Source of the DNA: the human T2T-CHM13v2.0 reference genome, Homo sapiens | Length of the DNA: 64,000 bases | Assembly (NCBI RefSeq): GCF_009914755.1 | Contig: NC_060933.1 | Reading direction: 5' to 3' (one strand) | In this document: positions 1 to 12,135 of the stretch, piece after piece | Position numbering within the stretch: the stretch's first letter is position 1 | How the letters are laid out: each line of letters starts with the position of its first letter | Notes under the pieces: model-generated | Databases searched by the model: none | What the model saw: the letters and a program-made list of their open reading frames with translations, nothing else | What the model was told of the DNA's origin: nothing | Translations under genes and position numbers: made by a program

Positions 1-260
1 ATAAATTCCCTATCTCTTCTTGATGTTAAATTTTCAGAAAATTATTACCTGCACTGATAGTAAATTATGAGCTTTAATCTTTTTATGTAGTTTTCCTTTA
101 TCAAGTTTATCCAAATATATCAATATCTCTTCCTCTGATTCAAATAAACCTTATTTACTTATCTTGTAAACAAAATGGAAATGAAAATAATATAGGCCAG
201 ACTTCTACCCAGCTAATGATTCATATATTTACAGAGACTTATCACTGAGGCATATTTGTT

Positions 261-564
<304 letters not shown>

Positions 565-1136
565 AACTATTTGTTTTATAGCAATTGTTGTTTTTATCTT
601 GCGGCTACTTTAATAGATAATTGTTACCTAAGTGTAAGCATTAAATCCATTCTTTTCTATTTGTAAAGATAACTGAAACAACTGATATAACTTTTTAGCA
701 GTGAGGTTGTTTCAGCATGTTGTATTGACAGTTTGTGGTCAAGTGTTCAGTAAGGTGATTGTGTCACTATTTAAACCTTAAATTAAATATACTTTTGACA
801 TTGTAAGTTAAATCAAAGCTTTCTCTTTTTATTTAATTGATTATCAAGAGTATCTGTGGTGAGGATCCATATGCTAAACTAAGATATATAAAACAAAAAC
901 ATCCTTATATTTAATATTTTGACTTGCCAGGCAAGTTGTCATTTCTATGCTTATTAAAATACTGACCATCTCTATTCTCTGATTCAAATGGCTAGTCTTC
1001 AGAGGAATGTTTTCAAATTTGCAATTTGATTCTCTATGTATAATTCCATACTTTCATATATTATTATTTCTAAAAGAAGTGTAGAACTCCAATCTATATT
1101 TTTTTGTTTTCTTTTCACTACTCTTCTAGATAGGTT

Positions 1137-3487
1137 TGATATGGTTTGGCTGTGTCCCCACCCAAATCTCATATCAAATTGTAATCTCCACATTTTGGGG
1201 AAGAGACCAGGTGGGAGGAGATGGGAAATTTCCCCATGCTGTTCTCTTGACAGTGAGGGAGTTCTCACAAGATCTGATGGTTTGCCCTGTGCTCACTCTC
1301 TTTCTCTCACCTGCCACCATGTTTGATGTGCCTATTTCCTCTTTCGCCATGATTGTAAGTTTCCTGAATCCTCCCCAGCCACGCAGAACTGTGAGTCAAT
1401 TAAACCTGTTTACTTTATAGATTACCCAGGCTCAGGTAGTTCTTTATGGCAGTAAGAGAACTGACTAATGCAGGAAACTGGCACTGGTAGAGTTGGGTAC
1501 TGCTATAAAGATAACCTGGAAGTGTGGAAGTGACTTTGGAACTGGGTAATGAGCAGAGGCTGGAACAAGTTGGGGGGCTCAGAAGACAGGGAGATGTGGG
1601 GGAGCTTGGAATTCCTAGAGACTTGTTGAATGACTTTGACCAAAACTCTGATAGTGATATAGACAATGAAGTCCAGTCTAAGGTGGTCTCAGATGGAGAT
1701 GAAGAGCTTGTTGGTAACAGGACTAAAGGTCACTCTTGCTATGCTTTAGCGAAGGGACTGGTAGCATTTTGCCTCTGCCCTAGAGATGTGTGGAACTTGG
1801 AACTTTGAACTTGAGAGGGATGGTTTAGGGTATCTGGTAGAAGAATTCCTAAGCAGCAAAGCATTAAAGAGGTGTCCTGGATTATTCTGAAAGTGCTTAG
1901 TTTTATGTGCTCACAAAGAGATGGTTTGAAACTGGAACTTGTGCTTAAAAGGGAAGCAGAGCAAAAATGTTTGAAAAATTTGCAGCCTGAATCTGTGCTA
2001 ATAAAGAAAAACCCATTTTCTGGGAAGGAATTCAATGTGGCTGCAGAAATTTGCATAAGGTAAGTAACTAGTAGGTGAATGTTAATAGCTGAAACCATGG
2101 GGAAAATGTCTCCAGGGCATATCAGAGATTTTTGAGGCAGCCCTTCCCATCAGAGGCATGAAGGCTTAGGAGGGAAAAACAGTTTCATGGGCCAAGCCCA
2201 GGGCCCCACTCCTCTGTGCAGGATCAGGACTTGATGCCCTGTGTCCCAGCCATTTCAGCTCCAGCCTTGGCTAAAAAGGGCCGAGATACAGCTCGAGACA
2301 TTGTTTCAGAGGATGCAAGCCCCAAGCCTTGGTAGCTTTTATGTGGTGTTGGGCCTGTGGGTGCACAGAAGTCAGGAATTAAGGTTTGAGAACCTCTGCC
2401 TAGGTCTCAGGGGATGTATAAAAATGCCTGGATATCCAAGCAGAAGTCTGCCACAGGGGCAGAGCCATCATGGAGAAGCTTGCTAGCGCAATGCAGAGGA
2501 AAAATGTGGGTTTGGACCCTTCACACAGAGTCCCCTTCTCACTACTCCATTAGGCAGTGGGACACTACCTAGAGGAGCTGTGAGAAGAGGGCCACCATCC
2601 TCCAGTCCCCAGAATGTAGATCCACCAACAGCTTGCACTGTGTAACTGAAAAAGCCTCAGGCACTCAATGCCAGCCCATGATTGTGGCAGTAGGGCCTGA
2701 ATCCTGCAAAGCCACAGGAATGGAGCTGCTCAAGGCCTTGGGAGGCCACTCTTTGCGTCAGCATGCCCTGGATGTGAGACATGGAGTTAAAGAAGATTAT
2801 TTTGGTGCTTTAAGATTTAATGACTACCCTGCTGGATTTTGGACTTGCATGGGGCTTGTAGCCTCTTTGTTTCGGCCAACTTCTCTCATTCGGAATGGGA
2901 ACATTTATCTAATGCCTGTAACCCTATTGTATTTTGGAAGTAACTAACTTGCTTTTGATTTTACAGGCTCCTAGGTGGAAGGGACTTGCCTTGTCTCGGA
3001 TGAGACTTTGGACTTTTGGGTTAATGCTGGAATGAGTTAAGACTTTGAGGGACTGTTGGGAAGGCATGATTGTGTTTTGAAATGTGAGAATATGAGATGT
3101 GGGAGGTGCTGGGAGTGGAATGATATGGCTTGGCTGTGTCCCCACCCAAATCTCATCTGAAACTTTAATCCAAATTGTAATCCCCACATGTCAGGGGAGG
3201 AACTTGGTGGAAGGTGATTGGATTATGGGGGTGGTTTCCCTTATGCTGTTCTCATGATAGTGAGAGAGTTCTCATGAGACCTCTTGGTTTAAAAAGGGGA
3301 AATTTGCCCTGCACTCATTCTTTCACCTGCCACCATATAAGATGTGACTTCTTCCCTTCTGCCATGATTGTAATTTTCCTGAGACCTCCCCAGCCATGCA
3401 GAACTAAGAGTCCATTAAACCTCTTTTCTTTATAAATTTCCCACCCTTGGGCAGTTCTCAATAGCAGTGTAAAAATGAACTAATACA
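1137..3487 (+). mobile_element. Full-length THE1D-like MaLR provirus (LTR-int-LTR)
   Basis: 5' LTR 1137-1472 (tgatatggtttggctgtgtccccacccaaatctc...gactaatgca), THE1-int 1473-3120 ending in a purine-rich tract, 3' LTR 3121-3487 (tgatatggcttggctg...actaataca); 5-bp TSD degenerate (aggtt/acatt). Confidence 0.93.
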
Positions 3488-3889
3488 ACATTCATTAGCA
3501 TATTAAACTAGTCTTTTAGCTGTCTCTTTCATTATGTTCATTTCAGCTGATGGGTGCATTTGCATAGGTTGAACAATGCAGAGGAGGGGTTGAATGAGAT
3601 AATTTATCAGTCTCTTTACTTAAAACCTTGGGGGAGAAGAACAAAGAAAGTACAACAAAATACCAGAAGAGACGGGGAAAGAGTAGAAATCAAGAGAGGA
3701 AAATAAGCTGAAGTGATCACTGGTGTCAAATGTTGCAGTTTGTCTCATAATTACAGTTACTGTGTTCAATGTTAATTTTCTCAGCAGGGTAATTTTTGAA
3801 GGATGTACTTTAACTTCTTCACTCTTTTGCTTCCATTTCAGCCATGCTGGCCTCTATTATTAATAAGATTATACAAATTTCAAGAATGT

Positions 3890-4045
3890 TGTAGATGGAG
3901 AAGGCCTTAGAAATCGTTTACTTCAATCACTTAATTTTTCATAGCTAAAAAGATGGAAGCCAAGTAGTTTGCCTCAAATTCCCAACTAGCAGAACAGTGA
4001 CAGACTCAATATTTTGGCCTCCTCATCAAAAGCTCTCTATTGCTC
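3890..4045 (-). mobile_element. Degenerate MIR (MIRc/MIR3-like) fragment
   Basis: gaaggccttagaaatcgtttacttcaatcacttaattttt... resembles antisense MIR3/MIRc; highly diverged. Confidence 0.45.
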
Positions 4046-4667
4046 TAGAGCCTCATTCTCACTTTACTCTTTTCTTCTGTGTTTGTTCCCCACCCTCTTT
4101 CCTAAGGAGATAGTCAAAGGAATATAGTGTTTCTTGATGATGAACACAGTAGGATGCTTCTTGTAAGCAAATGATTAGGGAAGTGAATCACTGGTTGTTG
4201 TAACATTTTTTTCTTATGAAGAGCAGGCTTTTGGGTGTGTTGAGATGACACTTAGCATTTCCTTGAAACAATGTGTGCTTTTGTGTAGTCAGGTTTATTA
4301 TAGTCATAAATCATGAGGACCAGTAAGGAGGAAGGTTCCATTTCCTTAGCTTTATTTTGTTCCCTCAAGGAGCGACTATGATGCAAAGGCCTTTATATCT
4401 CACTACTGCTAATAAAGGAAAGGCCAGATGATGCATTTTCTTTGCTATCTCCTACTCAGAGTTATACAGCATTTATTTCAGCCTTAGCTTTAATAGATAA
4501 TATTTGTTCCCTTCATTACATTACATATGAGCAGAAAGAAGGCAATCCTGAATCGTTTGGGTAGAAATCTTAAAAGCTATGTATTTGCTAAGAATGAAAT
4601 TATTCATGTCTCTTAGAAACCTGAGGATTACAGGCATCAGACCAATGATTCAACAATAAGTAAAACA

Positions 4668-4815
4668 ATCATAATAGCTATAACTCATTGCCTATTTATC
4701 TATCATTTCTTACTTTGTACCATGCACAGTTCTATAAACTATTATTGTAATCTTCATTTAAATAAGAAAACTGAAGCACTGACAAGTTAAGTAACTTTTA
4801 CAAAGCCACACAGTG
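4668..4815 (-). mobile_element. MIR fragment
   Basis: Antisense MIR core aataagaaaactgaagcactgacaagttaagtaacttttacaaagccacacag. Confidence 0.7.
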
Positions 4816-5049
4816 AAACTCACTGTTTAATCAACAAATTATATATGAGTTCATTTGATTTCCCTTCATTTTATCTAAACTACCAAAAAGACATGTTAGC
4901 ATGCATAATAATTTCATGTATTTAATTTTCAATACAAAACATTGATTACAGTACCTTAATGAAAATTTGTAATATTAAAGACCTATGAGAAGCTTTTTAA
5001 CACTTCTATAATATTTAATTCAAATTTTTATTAAAACTATACCACTATA

Positions 5050-5500
5050 AATATATCCTAAATAATAAATCAATAGGCAATATTATATTTAGGTTCTAAG
5101 ATATTCATTATAGCATTATTTGCAATAGAAAATATTTGAATCATAAATGTTCATCCTTAGAGAACTATTTAAATGGATTATGACATGTCTATATGTGCCA
5201 TAAGTAGAATATTATGTAGCACTTTAGATGGTATTTTGAGAAAATGTTAATATCATAAGGTAACAGACACGATACAATATTGAGTAAAATAGTGATATTG
5301 AGTAAATATAATATTGAATAAAATAAATTTTACATGCAATATAAACTTCATTGTGTAGACACATACACATCCAGAGAAAAGCAATGGAAAGAAATACACC
5401 GAAGAAGTTGTGAGTGGTTATCACTAGATAATGAGAAAACGGAACATTTCTGAGTATGGCTTTATACTTTATTTTCTAATTTTATCCTGTGTACATAAGC
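5050..5500 (+). mobile_element. Old L1 (L1ME-like) 3' fragment
   Basis: atattcattatagcattatttgcaatagaaaa...aaatgttcatc...agaatattatgtagc: typical L1M ORF2-end/3'UTR motifs. Confidence 0.6.
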
Positions 5501-5891
5501 AATGAAATTTGCTTAAAATATTATTTATCCTTTGGCTTAAATATTCTTAATAGAGTTGTTATTTCTGAATAAACTAAGGTAGTAGATGTAATAATGCTTC
5601 ATGAAAAATGTATTGATCTTATAAAATTTATCTGACTTCTAGTTCCTATATGAAAAGTTTTCCTTAGAAAATAGTATTTATGATAATTTCTAGATTCAAC
5701 ATTTAAATAAAATTGCTCTATAATTGTGAACTAAAAAGTGTAAAAGTTAAACATTTGATTAAAGAAATCCTGTGAAATTTATGAAAATGTTATAGTTCTT
5801 TGATATAGAATATTTAAAATTTAGAAATACATAGACATTCTATGAAATGTAATTGATTATAAAATTCATATAGCCTAAACATTTTCTCTAC

Positions 5892-6184
5892 TTTTTTTTT
5901 TTTTTTTTTTGAGACAGAGTCTCACTCTGTTTCCCAGTTTGGAGTGAAGTGGCATGGTCTCAGCTTACTGCATCCTCCGCCTTCCGGGTTCGAGCGATTC
6001 TTCTGCCTCAGCCTCCTGAGTAGCTGGAATTACAGGCACCCGCCACCATGCCCTAATTTTTTTGTATTTTTAATAGAGACGGGGTTTCACCATGTTGGCC
6101 CGGCTGGTTTTGAACTCCTGACCTCAAGTAATCCTCCGTCTCCCAACATGTTAAGATTAGAGGCGTGAGCTACCGCGCCCAGCC
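5892..6184 (-). mobile_element. AluS SINE
   Basis: Poly-T then gagacagagtctcactctg...gcgcccagcc; TSD tttctctactttt on both sides; short deletion in the left monomer. Confidence 0.96.
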
Positions 6185-8579
6185 CTTTCTCTACTTTTGG
6201 AACAAAGACAAGTCATATGAAAGTAAACTTCTGTAGGCAATTTAAGCTTTGTTAGTCATGTGTCAGGGAATTACCAAGAGTAGTTGCTCATTCACTTTAA
6301 TCTATTAAACTGTCTGAAGCTGTCTTTCTTTTACAATGAGATTAATGATGTGAATGATACTTCTGAAGAAAGTCAACATACGTAGTTATTCAGGTAATGT
6401 GTAATACATTTTATATAATGATGACTTCGATTTTAAAAAGATTTTCTGAAGTTTAAAAAAAGTTTTATTATATAACTTATAACAAATGCATACTATTTTC
6501 CAGATAATAATATTAAAGTGAACATTGATTACCTGGAACATTCTAGCTAGCTAAAATTTTCCTAAACTTGCATAAAGAACATAACTTACAAATGTAACCC
6601 CAGCAGAAAATATTTCCAATCTTTCTTCTCCTTTTTTGCCAGCATTCCTGGTAAAACTGGTCAGACATACCAGAATCTAGATATTTGAAAAGGTTGCTAA
6701 CTGGCTAAGCCAGATACGATAGCCAAGGTTTCCACAATTTATTTTAGGTTAATTTTAAATATGGGTTAAATATACTTGGCATGGTAAAGATTTCTGAGCT
6801 AGCTTGCTTTGTTCCTATCCTCTGACTTTTTCCATTTCACTGCAGTTGTTCACCCACTAACTAAAACCATAATTATCATTTGTTATATTATGCCTGCATT
6901 AAGGAGGTGAACATATTAGTTTGACTCTGCAGAAGGAAACATCTTCTTTCCATACGTCTGCATTAGCTATTGGGAGTCATAAAGGGTAATTTGCTAATGT
7001 TTTGATGATTTAACACTAAGTTCATTTCGGATAGTTAAAAAGTTAATTGGCGTTTAAAGATATGAATAAAATCATCCTGTTAGTTTGTGCCCAAATCATG
7101 TGTATGGGGTCCAAGATTCCTGTATAAGTTGTTGTAATATCTTCTCCCTATATCAATTAGTTGTCTAAATTACTATCTTGGTTATCCAAAATAATGTGGC
7201 TCCTTTAAGGAGCAAAAGCTATTTACTCTTTGTAAACTTAGTGCATATCTCAGAGGTCATGCCATTGATGATCAGTAAATATATGTTAAATAAATATAAA
7301 TAAGTATGTGAGAAGAATTAATTGCCTAATGGGCACTGAACTGACTAGATATATTTAACTTTTGTGGGCATTTTGCAAATTATAGCCTAAAACTATAATT
7401 ATTGAATATTGGAAATAATGGGAATACACTTAAATCTGCATTATGAGATATATTTTGGGTAGTTATGCCTTGCCCAAGCCAAGTCCCAACAGAGTCCTTT
7501 TGTGATACTCTTTTGATATAATCCTATACTTGGGATTTGAGGTGAGCATTAAGGTCAATCAAGTGAAATCTAGTAAAGAAAAATTCAAACGCTCCAATGC
7601 ATTCTACATAACATGATGAAAAAATGTGGAAACTCAGGAAAAATTCAGACAGAAATATTTTGTTTCAATGTAATGAATATTGATGTGAACCCTGCTGTTT
7701 GGACTTTCTATTGAAAGCTATGATATTAATTATATAACGCAGCTTCCTATATATTAGTAACAAATAGGTTTTCTTAAAGGTGATAATTACTTATGAAGCA
7801 TAAAGTCACGAAGTATCATGCAGGTTAGCCCAAAATAGGAGTGGTGAGTCAGGTTACATTTATTCTGCATATTTACAAAGAAAACAAAGAATAATGTTGA
7901 GGCAATTATCTAGACTACTTAAAGAAAAGAAAAAGAGAAAAAGAAAAATCTTCTGGTCATAGAAATGTGGATTTGGAATACTTTATTTTTGAACCAGGTT
8001 TATTTTTATCAACAGCCTGTGTAACCTATATAAACAATATAAGTATTCGGTCTTCTTGCACTCTTAATTCTTATAGACACAGACTAAATGATAAATGCTA
8101 AAGTTGAGTTCTGATTTTCGCATAGTCGGAGGATAATCAAGTCTACCGATGAGGCACTCTAACTTCTTCCTAATACATTTATTCCTCTAATTATGCAATG
8201 AATGCTTATTAAGTATCCACTATATGTAAGAGGCAGAGTAACAATTTATTTTGCTGAAAAAAAAATAACATCAGCTTCATTGGCTAAAGGCTTAATCTTG
8301 AACTTTGCTGCATTTTATAATTATTTTGTTGACATAATTTAAATCCCTTTGATTTTTGCAGGAAAAATATGGGTCACAAAACATGTTAAGTAAGGGGAAA
8401 GAAGATATGCATACACCATACAAGTATAGAAACATAAAACTGACCAAATGGAATAAAATCCACCAACGCTAGGCAGTGATTGGCAATAGATTGTGGAAAT
8501 TCAGTAACTGCTGGCCCTAGTGCTGTATTCACACAGGAATAGTTTGTATCACTCTTGCACTGTTCCTAAATACTTACAT

Positions 8580-8748
8580 GATTTTGAGAATATTATCTAA
8601 ATGCTCTGTTCTTCGGTTTCCTTGTAATTGATAAGTGGATATTGATAATCATCTCATTTGGTTGTTACATAGAATTGATAAAAATGAAAATAAAACCTTT
8701 ATCAAATTCTTGATACAAATTAGGCACTTATTAAATGTTTGTTTCCTT
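8580..8748 (+). mobile_element. MIR fragment
   Basis: ctctgttcttcggtttccttg...taggcacttattaaatgtttg matches MIR core and 3' end. Confidence 0.6.
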
Positions 8749-8952
8749 TCCTTTGCATCTTACAAGTCTTGTGATTAAAAAAACCATGACATAGTTGAAC
8801 TCACAAGCTAGTGCCTTTTGATTGGTCTCATATGAATGTTCAACTCAGTCATTACCCACTGTTGAAATTTCTGTTTTTAATGTCTATTTTTAGCAAAAAC
8901 CATCTAATTCCAAAATTAAGAGCTGAAAGAAAATCTAATTATGTTTAACTCT

Positions 8953-9082
8953 GCCATTTCGCTAGGTGAGGAAAAGAACAAGAGGGTTTAAGTGACTTGA
9001 CCAACATCACTAGACTAGTTAGTATCAGGGCCAGGACTTTAACTTAGCTCTTCTGAATTCACATGCATACACTTTACACTAT
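8953..9082 (-). mobile_element. MIR fragment
   Basis: ggtgaggaaa...gtttaagtgacttgaccaacatcac...agtatcagggccaggactttaact, antisense MIR 5' half. Confidence 0.7.
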
Positions 9083-10567
9083 AGGATATGGTCATTTTAC
9101 TGACAAAACTCCTGTTTAAAGCAGGATATTTGGATGGTTCTGTTCTTACTGACTCTTCCATGTGTCAGTAACACCTCTCTTCATTGTATCAAAGCAAGGA
9201 GAATCAACACATTAGTCAGACTGATCATTTGACTAAATTTCAGCAAAGAGAAATAAATGTAATAAAATGTCTAGAGTTTCACAAAAAGAAAAATATTTCT
9301 GAGAGAGTTTATAAACTTCACTTCTGAATTAGTACTTTATGTGAGAGTGTAGTTAGGGTTCTAACTTTCTGACTACATCTTTCAGGAGAGGAAAATTATG
9401 TAATATATACAAAGATGTCATTTATGATTACCTACCATTGAAAGCATTATTTATTTGTTACATTTAGAGGGCATATATCTTCTATGTGAGGCCTGAGGGT
9501 ATTTCACATTTTATGAAAAACTTGCCCAGATTTAAAGGGCAAACAAAGCAGCCGGTTTCCTTTTTAAAATAGTTTTTACTGTTTAACCTTGAGAGAAAAT
9601 TAATTTCTGTGCATTTACTACAATTAAACTTATAAAGTGGGAAACATTTTTAAACATCCTTGTTGCACCCAAAATATGGGCACACGTGAAAAGCAGTTCT
9701 CTTTAACCAGTCCCTTAAATCCTTCCTTCAAATTTCTAAACCTTGATTTGACTCTTCAGTCATCTGATCCAACACATTCCACAGTAGTCTCCAAACTTGT
9801 ATGACAGTCAAGACTACATGCACATACTGATTTCTCTTCAGAACCTTATATCTCTCTTTCCTTTAAATGGAATGATAGGCACATAGATAAAAGTGATAGA
9901 AAGATATATAGATTAGATAGAGTATAGCTTTTATAGAAAAACAAACAAAAATAACCTATCAAACAAAAAGAACCAAAATATTGAATAGTCATCTGAATAT
10001 TTAGGTCAAATAATATAATTCTAGCAACTTTATTTAGCTACATAACAGGGCTTACCAACACTAATTTAAGAGTCTGCACCTGTTCCCCTCATTGTCTGCA
10101 TACATGGGTATCATATCTGCATCCTATTCCCTAAAAATCCTAGTGAAGCTTTTTCATAGGAAAATTTTCTTTATGTTTGATAGCACTGAGACGGCAAGCA
10201 TCTTTATTTGATTGTAAGAGCCAAGGGCAAAGACCAGTCTCTGTATTCTCAGTAAAAGGCCTCAGGCATATCAGCCCATTGGCTCTTGCCTATGACCAAT
10301 CCCAATAAGCTCAGATTTCATCTTTGTTTTCAGGCACCTTGTTCTGATACCAACTCATGAGATTAGTTGTATAATTGTTATTTCTACCTCTCGTTCTCTG
10401 TCCTTTCAGTACTGAGATTCTGCTCTATGTGTTTAGATTGAGTATCATTTTAGACCCGGAAATTATTGCCTGGATCTCAACTAACTCCTGATCTTGGTTG
10501 GACTGTTGCCCTTTCTTTTGGCCTGCAGATCAGTTTCATTTCCTGAATTTTTAAATGTGTGTGTTTG

Positions 10568-11096
10568 TGTGTTGAAAGACTGAATATACAAATAACAATG
10601 GCCAAGACACATATAAAAATAATAGAACTTTAACTCACAACCTGCAGCAACCTACCTAGGAAAACAATACTTTTACCTATAATAATTCAGAAGCCAGCAT
10701 GGTGTAAGACAGACTTTCAAGAAACCAAATTGTTGCCTTTATTGACAATATTGACAATGAAGAAAGCTCAACAACTTCTGTAACAATTGATTCCAAATGG
10801 CCAGATCTTGATTAACAACTGACAACTTTACTAATTTTTGTCCTTGGTTTCAGCTTAGGACCAATCACATACGATGTTCTGCTTCCAGTTAGTCAGCATC
10901 CAACTTCTCCAGGCCAACAACCTCTAATCAGGGCATATCTGAAGCCTCTGTTTCATTTCCCACTATATAGCTTATACTTCTCTCTCTGCCTTTCAGTCTT
11001 CGCTAAATGCTATTGACGGTGGCTGACTCTCTTGCTACATCAGTCTCAGAATAAATAGGCATTGCTTTTCTCATTTGTTTGGTCCTTATTTCCACA
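10568..11096 (+). mobile_element. ERV1-class solo LTR (MER89/MER90-group-like)
   Basis: TGTG...CACA termini, TATA-like cactatatag near 10961, AATAAA near 11050, motifs cacaacctgcagcaacc and gacggtggctgactc; near-TSD tttg/attg. Family name is from memory and uncertain. Confidence 0.8.
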
Positions 11097-11574
11097 ATTG
11101 TGTGTGTGTTTTGTGCAGATGCATGGGTTATGCAAAGAACACCAGACTCAAAAGTATATATATATATTAAAATAGGAGATTGACTTTTGTGGGAATGAAA
11201 GCTTAGTTTCCTGCTTAGGGTGGAGAATATAGAGAAACTCAAATTTTCTTTTTCTCTGTTTCTCTCCACTTGTGACCAAAATGGACACAGAAGGTACCTA
11301 TAGGTTTTATTTCTGAAATGTGTGGGTATAACAGACCCAGTTACAGGTAAGCATGATAATTAGGGCAGAATAAGAGTGTACCTTCCAATGACCCATCTTT
11401 AGGACTGTTGGCCAAATATAACTGCTGAGCCACTTAATGTAGATTCCATAACTGTTGTAATAAGGCTGCCATAACTACTTTCATACTATTGAATGTGGCA
11501 CCTTTAAGCCCCTCAATGCTTTTATGTCTAGTGATCCTGGCTAATTTACTAGGATGAAGCTTCTTTACTTGGTT

Positions 11575-11692
11575 TAATCATGCAACAAACATTTATCAAG
11601 CATGTTCATGATTAGAAACTGTGGGTGAGTTAAACATATAATACTTTTGACATGTGCCCTCCAGAAATTTTTATTCTGATTGTGCATTTGAT
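11575..11692 (-). mobile_element. L2 3' end fragment
   Basis: aatcatgcaacaaacatttatcaagca... antisense L2 tail. Confidence 0.5.
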
Positions 11693-11843
11693 ATCCACAT
11701 ATGAAATATTAAGTAACAGAATAAGGCAATTATATGCCAGATGTCACAGGCAGTATATGATTAAGCCTCCAATTAAGACAACATCGTGGTTAGGTTTCTT
11801 AATTGCTACAAAAGTATGTCAACATCTCAGTATTTTCTCTCTC

Positions 11844-12135
11844 AGCCAGGCGCAGTGGCTCACACCTGTAATCTCAGCACTTTGGGAGGCCAAGGCAGGT
11901 GGTTCACTTTAGGTCAGGCATTCGAAACCAGTCTGGCCAACAGGGTGAAACCCCATCTCTACTAAAAACACAAAAATTAGCCAGGTGTGTTGACACATGC
12001 CTGTAATCCCAGCTACTCAGGAGGCTGAGGCAGGAGAATCACTTGCAGTGAGCCGAGATCGCACCACTGCACTCCAGCCTGGGAGACACAATGAGACTCC
12101 ATCTTAAAAAATAATAATAAAAATAAAAATAAAAT
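11844..12135 (+). mobile_element. AluS (Sx/Sz-like) SINE with ~20-bp internal deletion
   Basis: agccaggcgcagtggctcacacc...A-rich tail; TSD ttctctctc(a); right monomer reads gagaatcacttgcagtgagcc. Confidence 0.96.

Noticed and set aside
1415-2947. Cluster of 60-120 aa ORFs
   Set aside because: Fragments of the THE1 internal region in multiple frames; no continuous ORF
5270-5330. Short direct repeats (atattgagtaaa) superficially like a spaced array; also 10741, 16541, 50307
   Set aside because: Two to three copies of local slippage duplications within old TEs; no CRISPR-like repeat-spacer periodicity, and the DNA is eukaryotic
8354-8395. Possible 28-nt + strand exon (ttttgcag...TAA|gtaagg)
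   Set aside because: Weak donor, not 3n, and no other support; expected by chance in 64 kb
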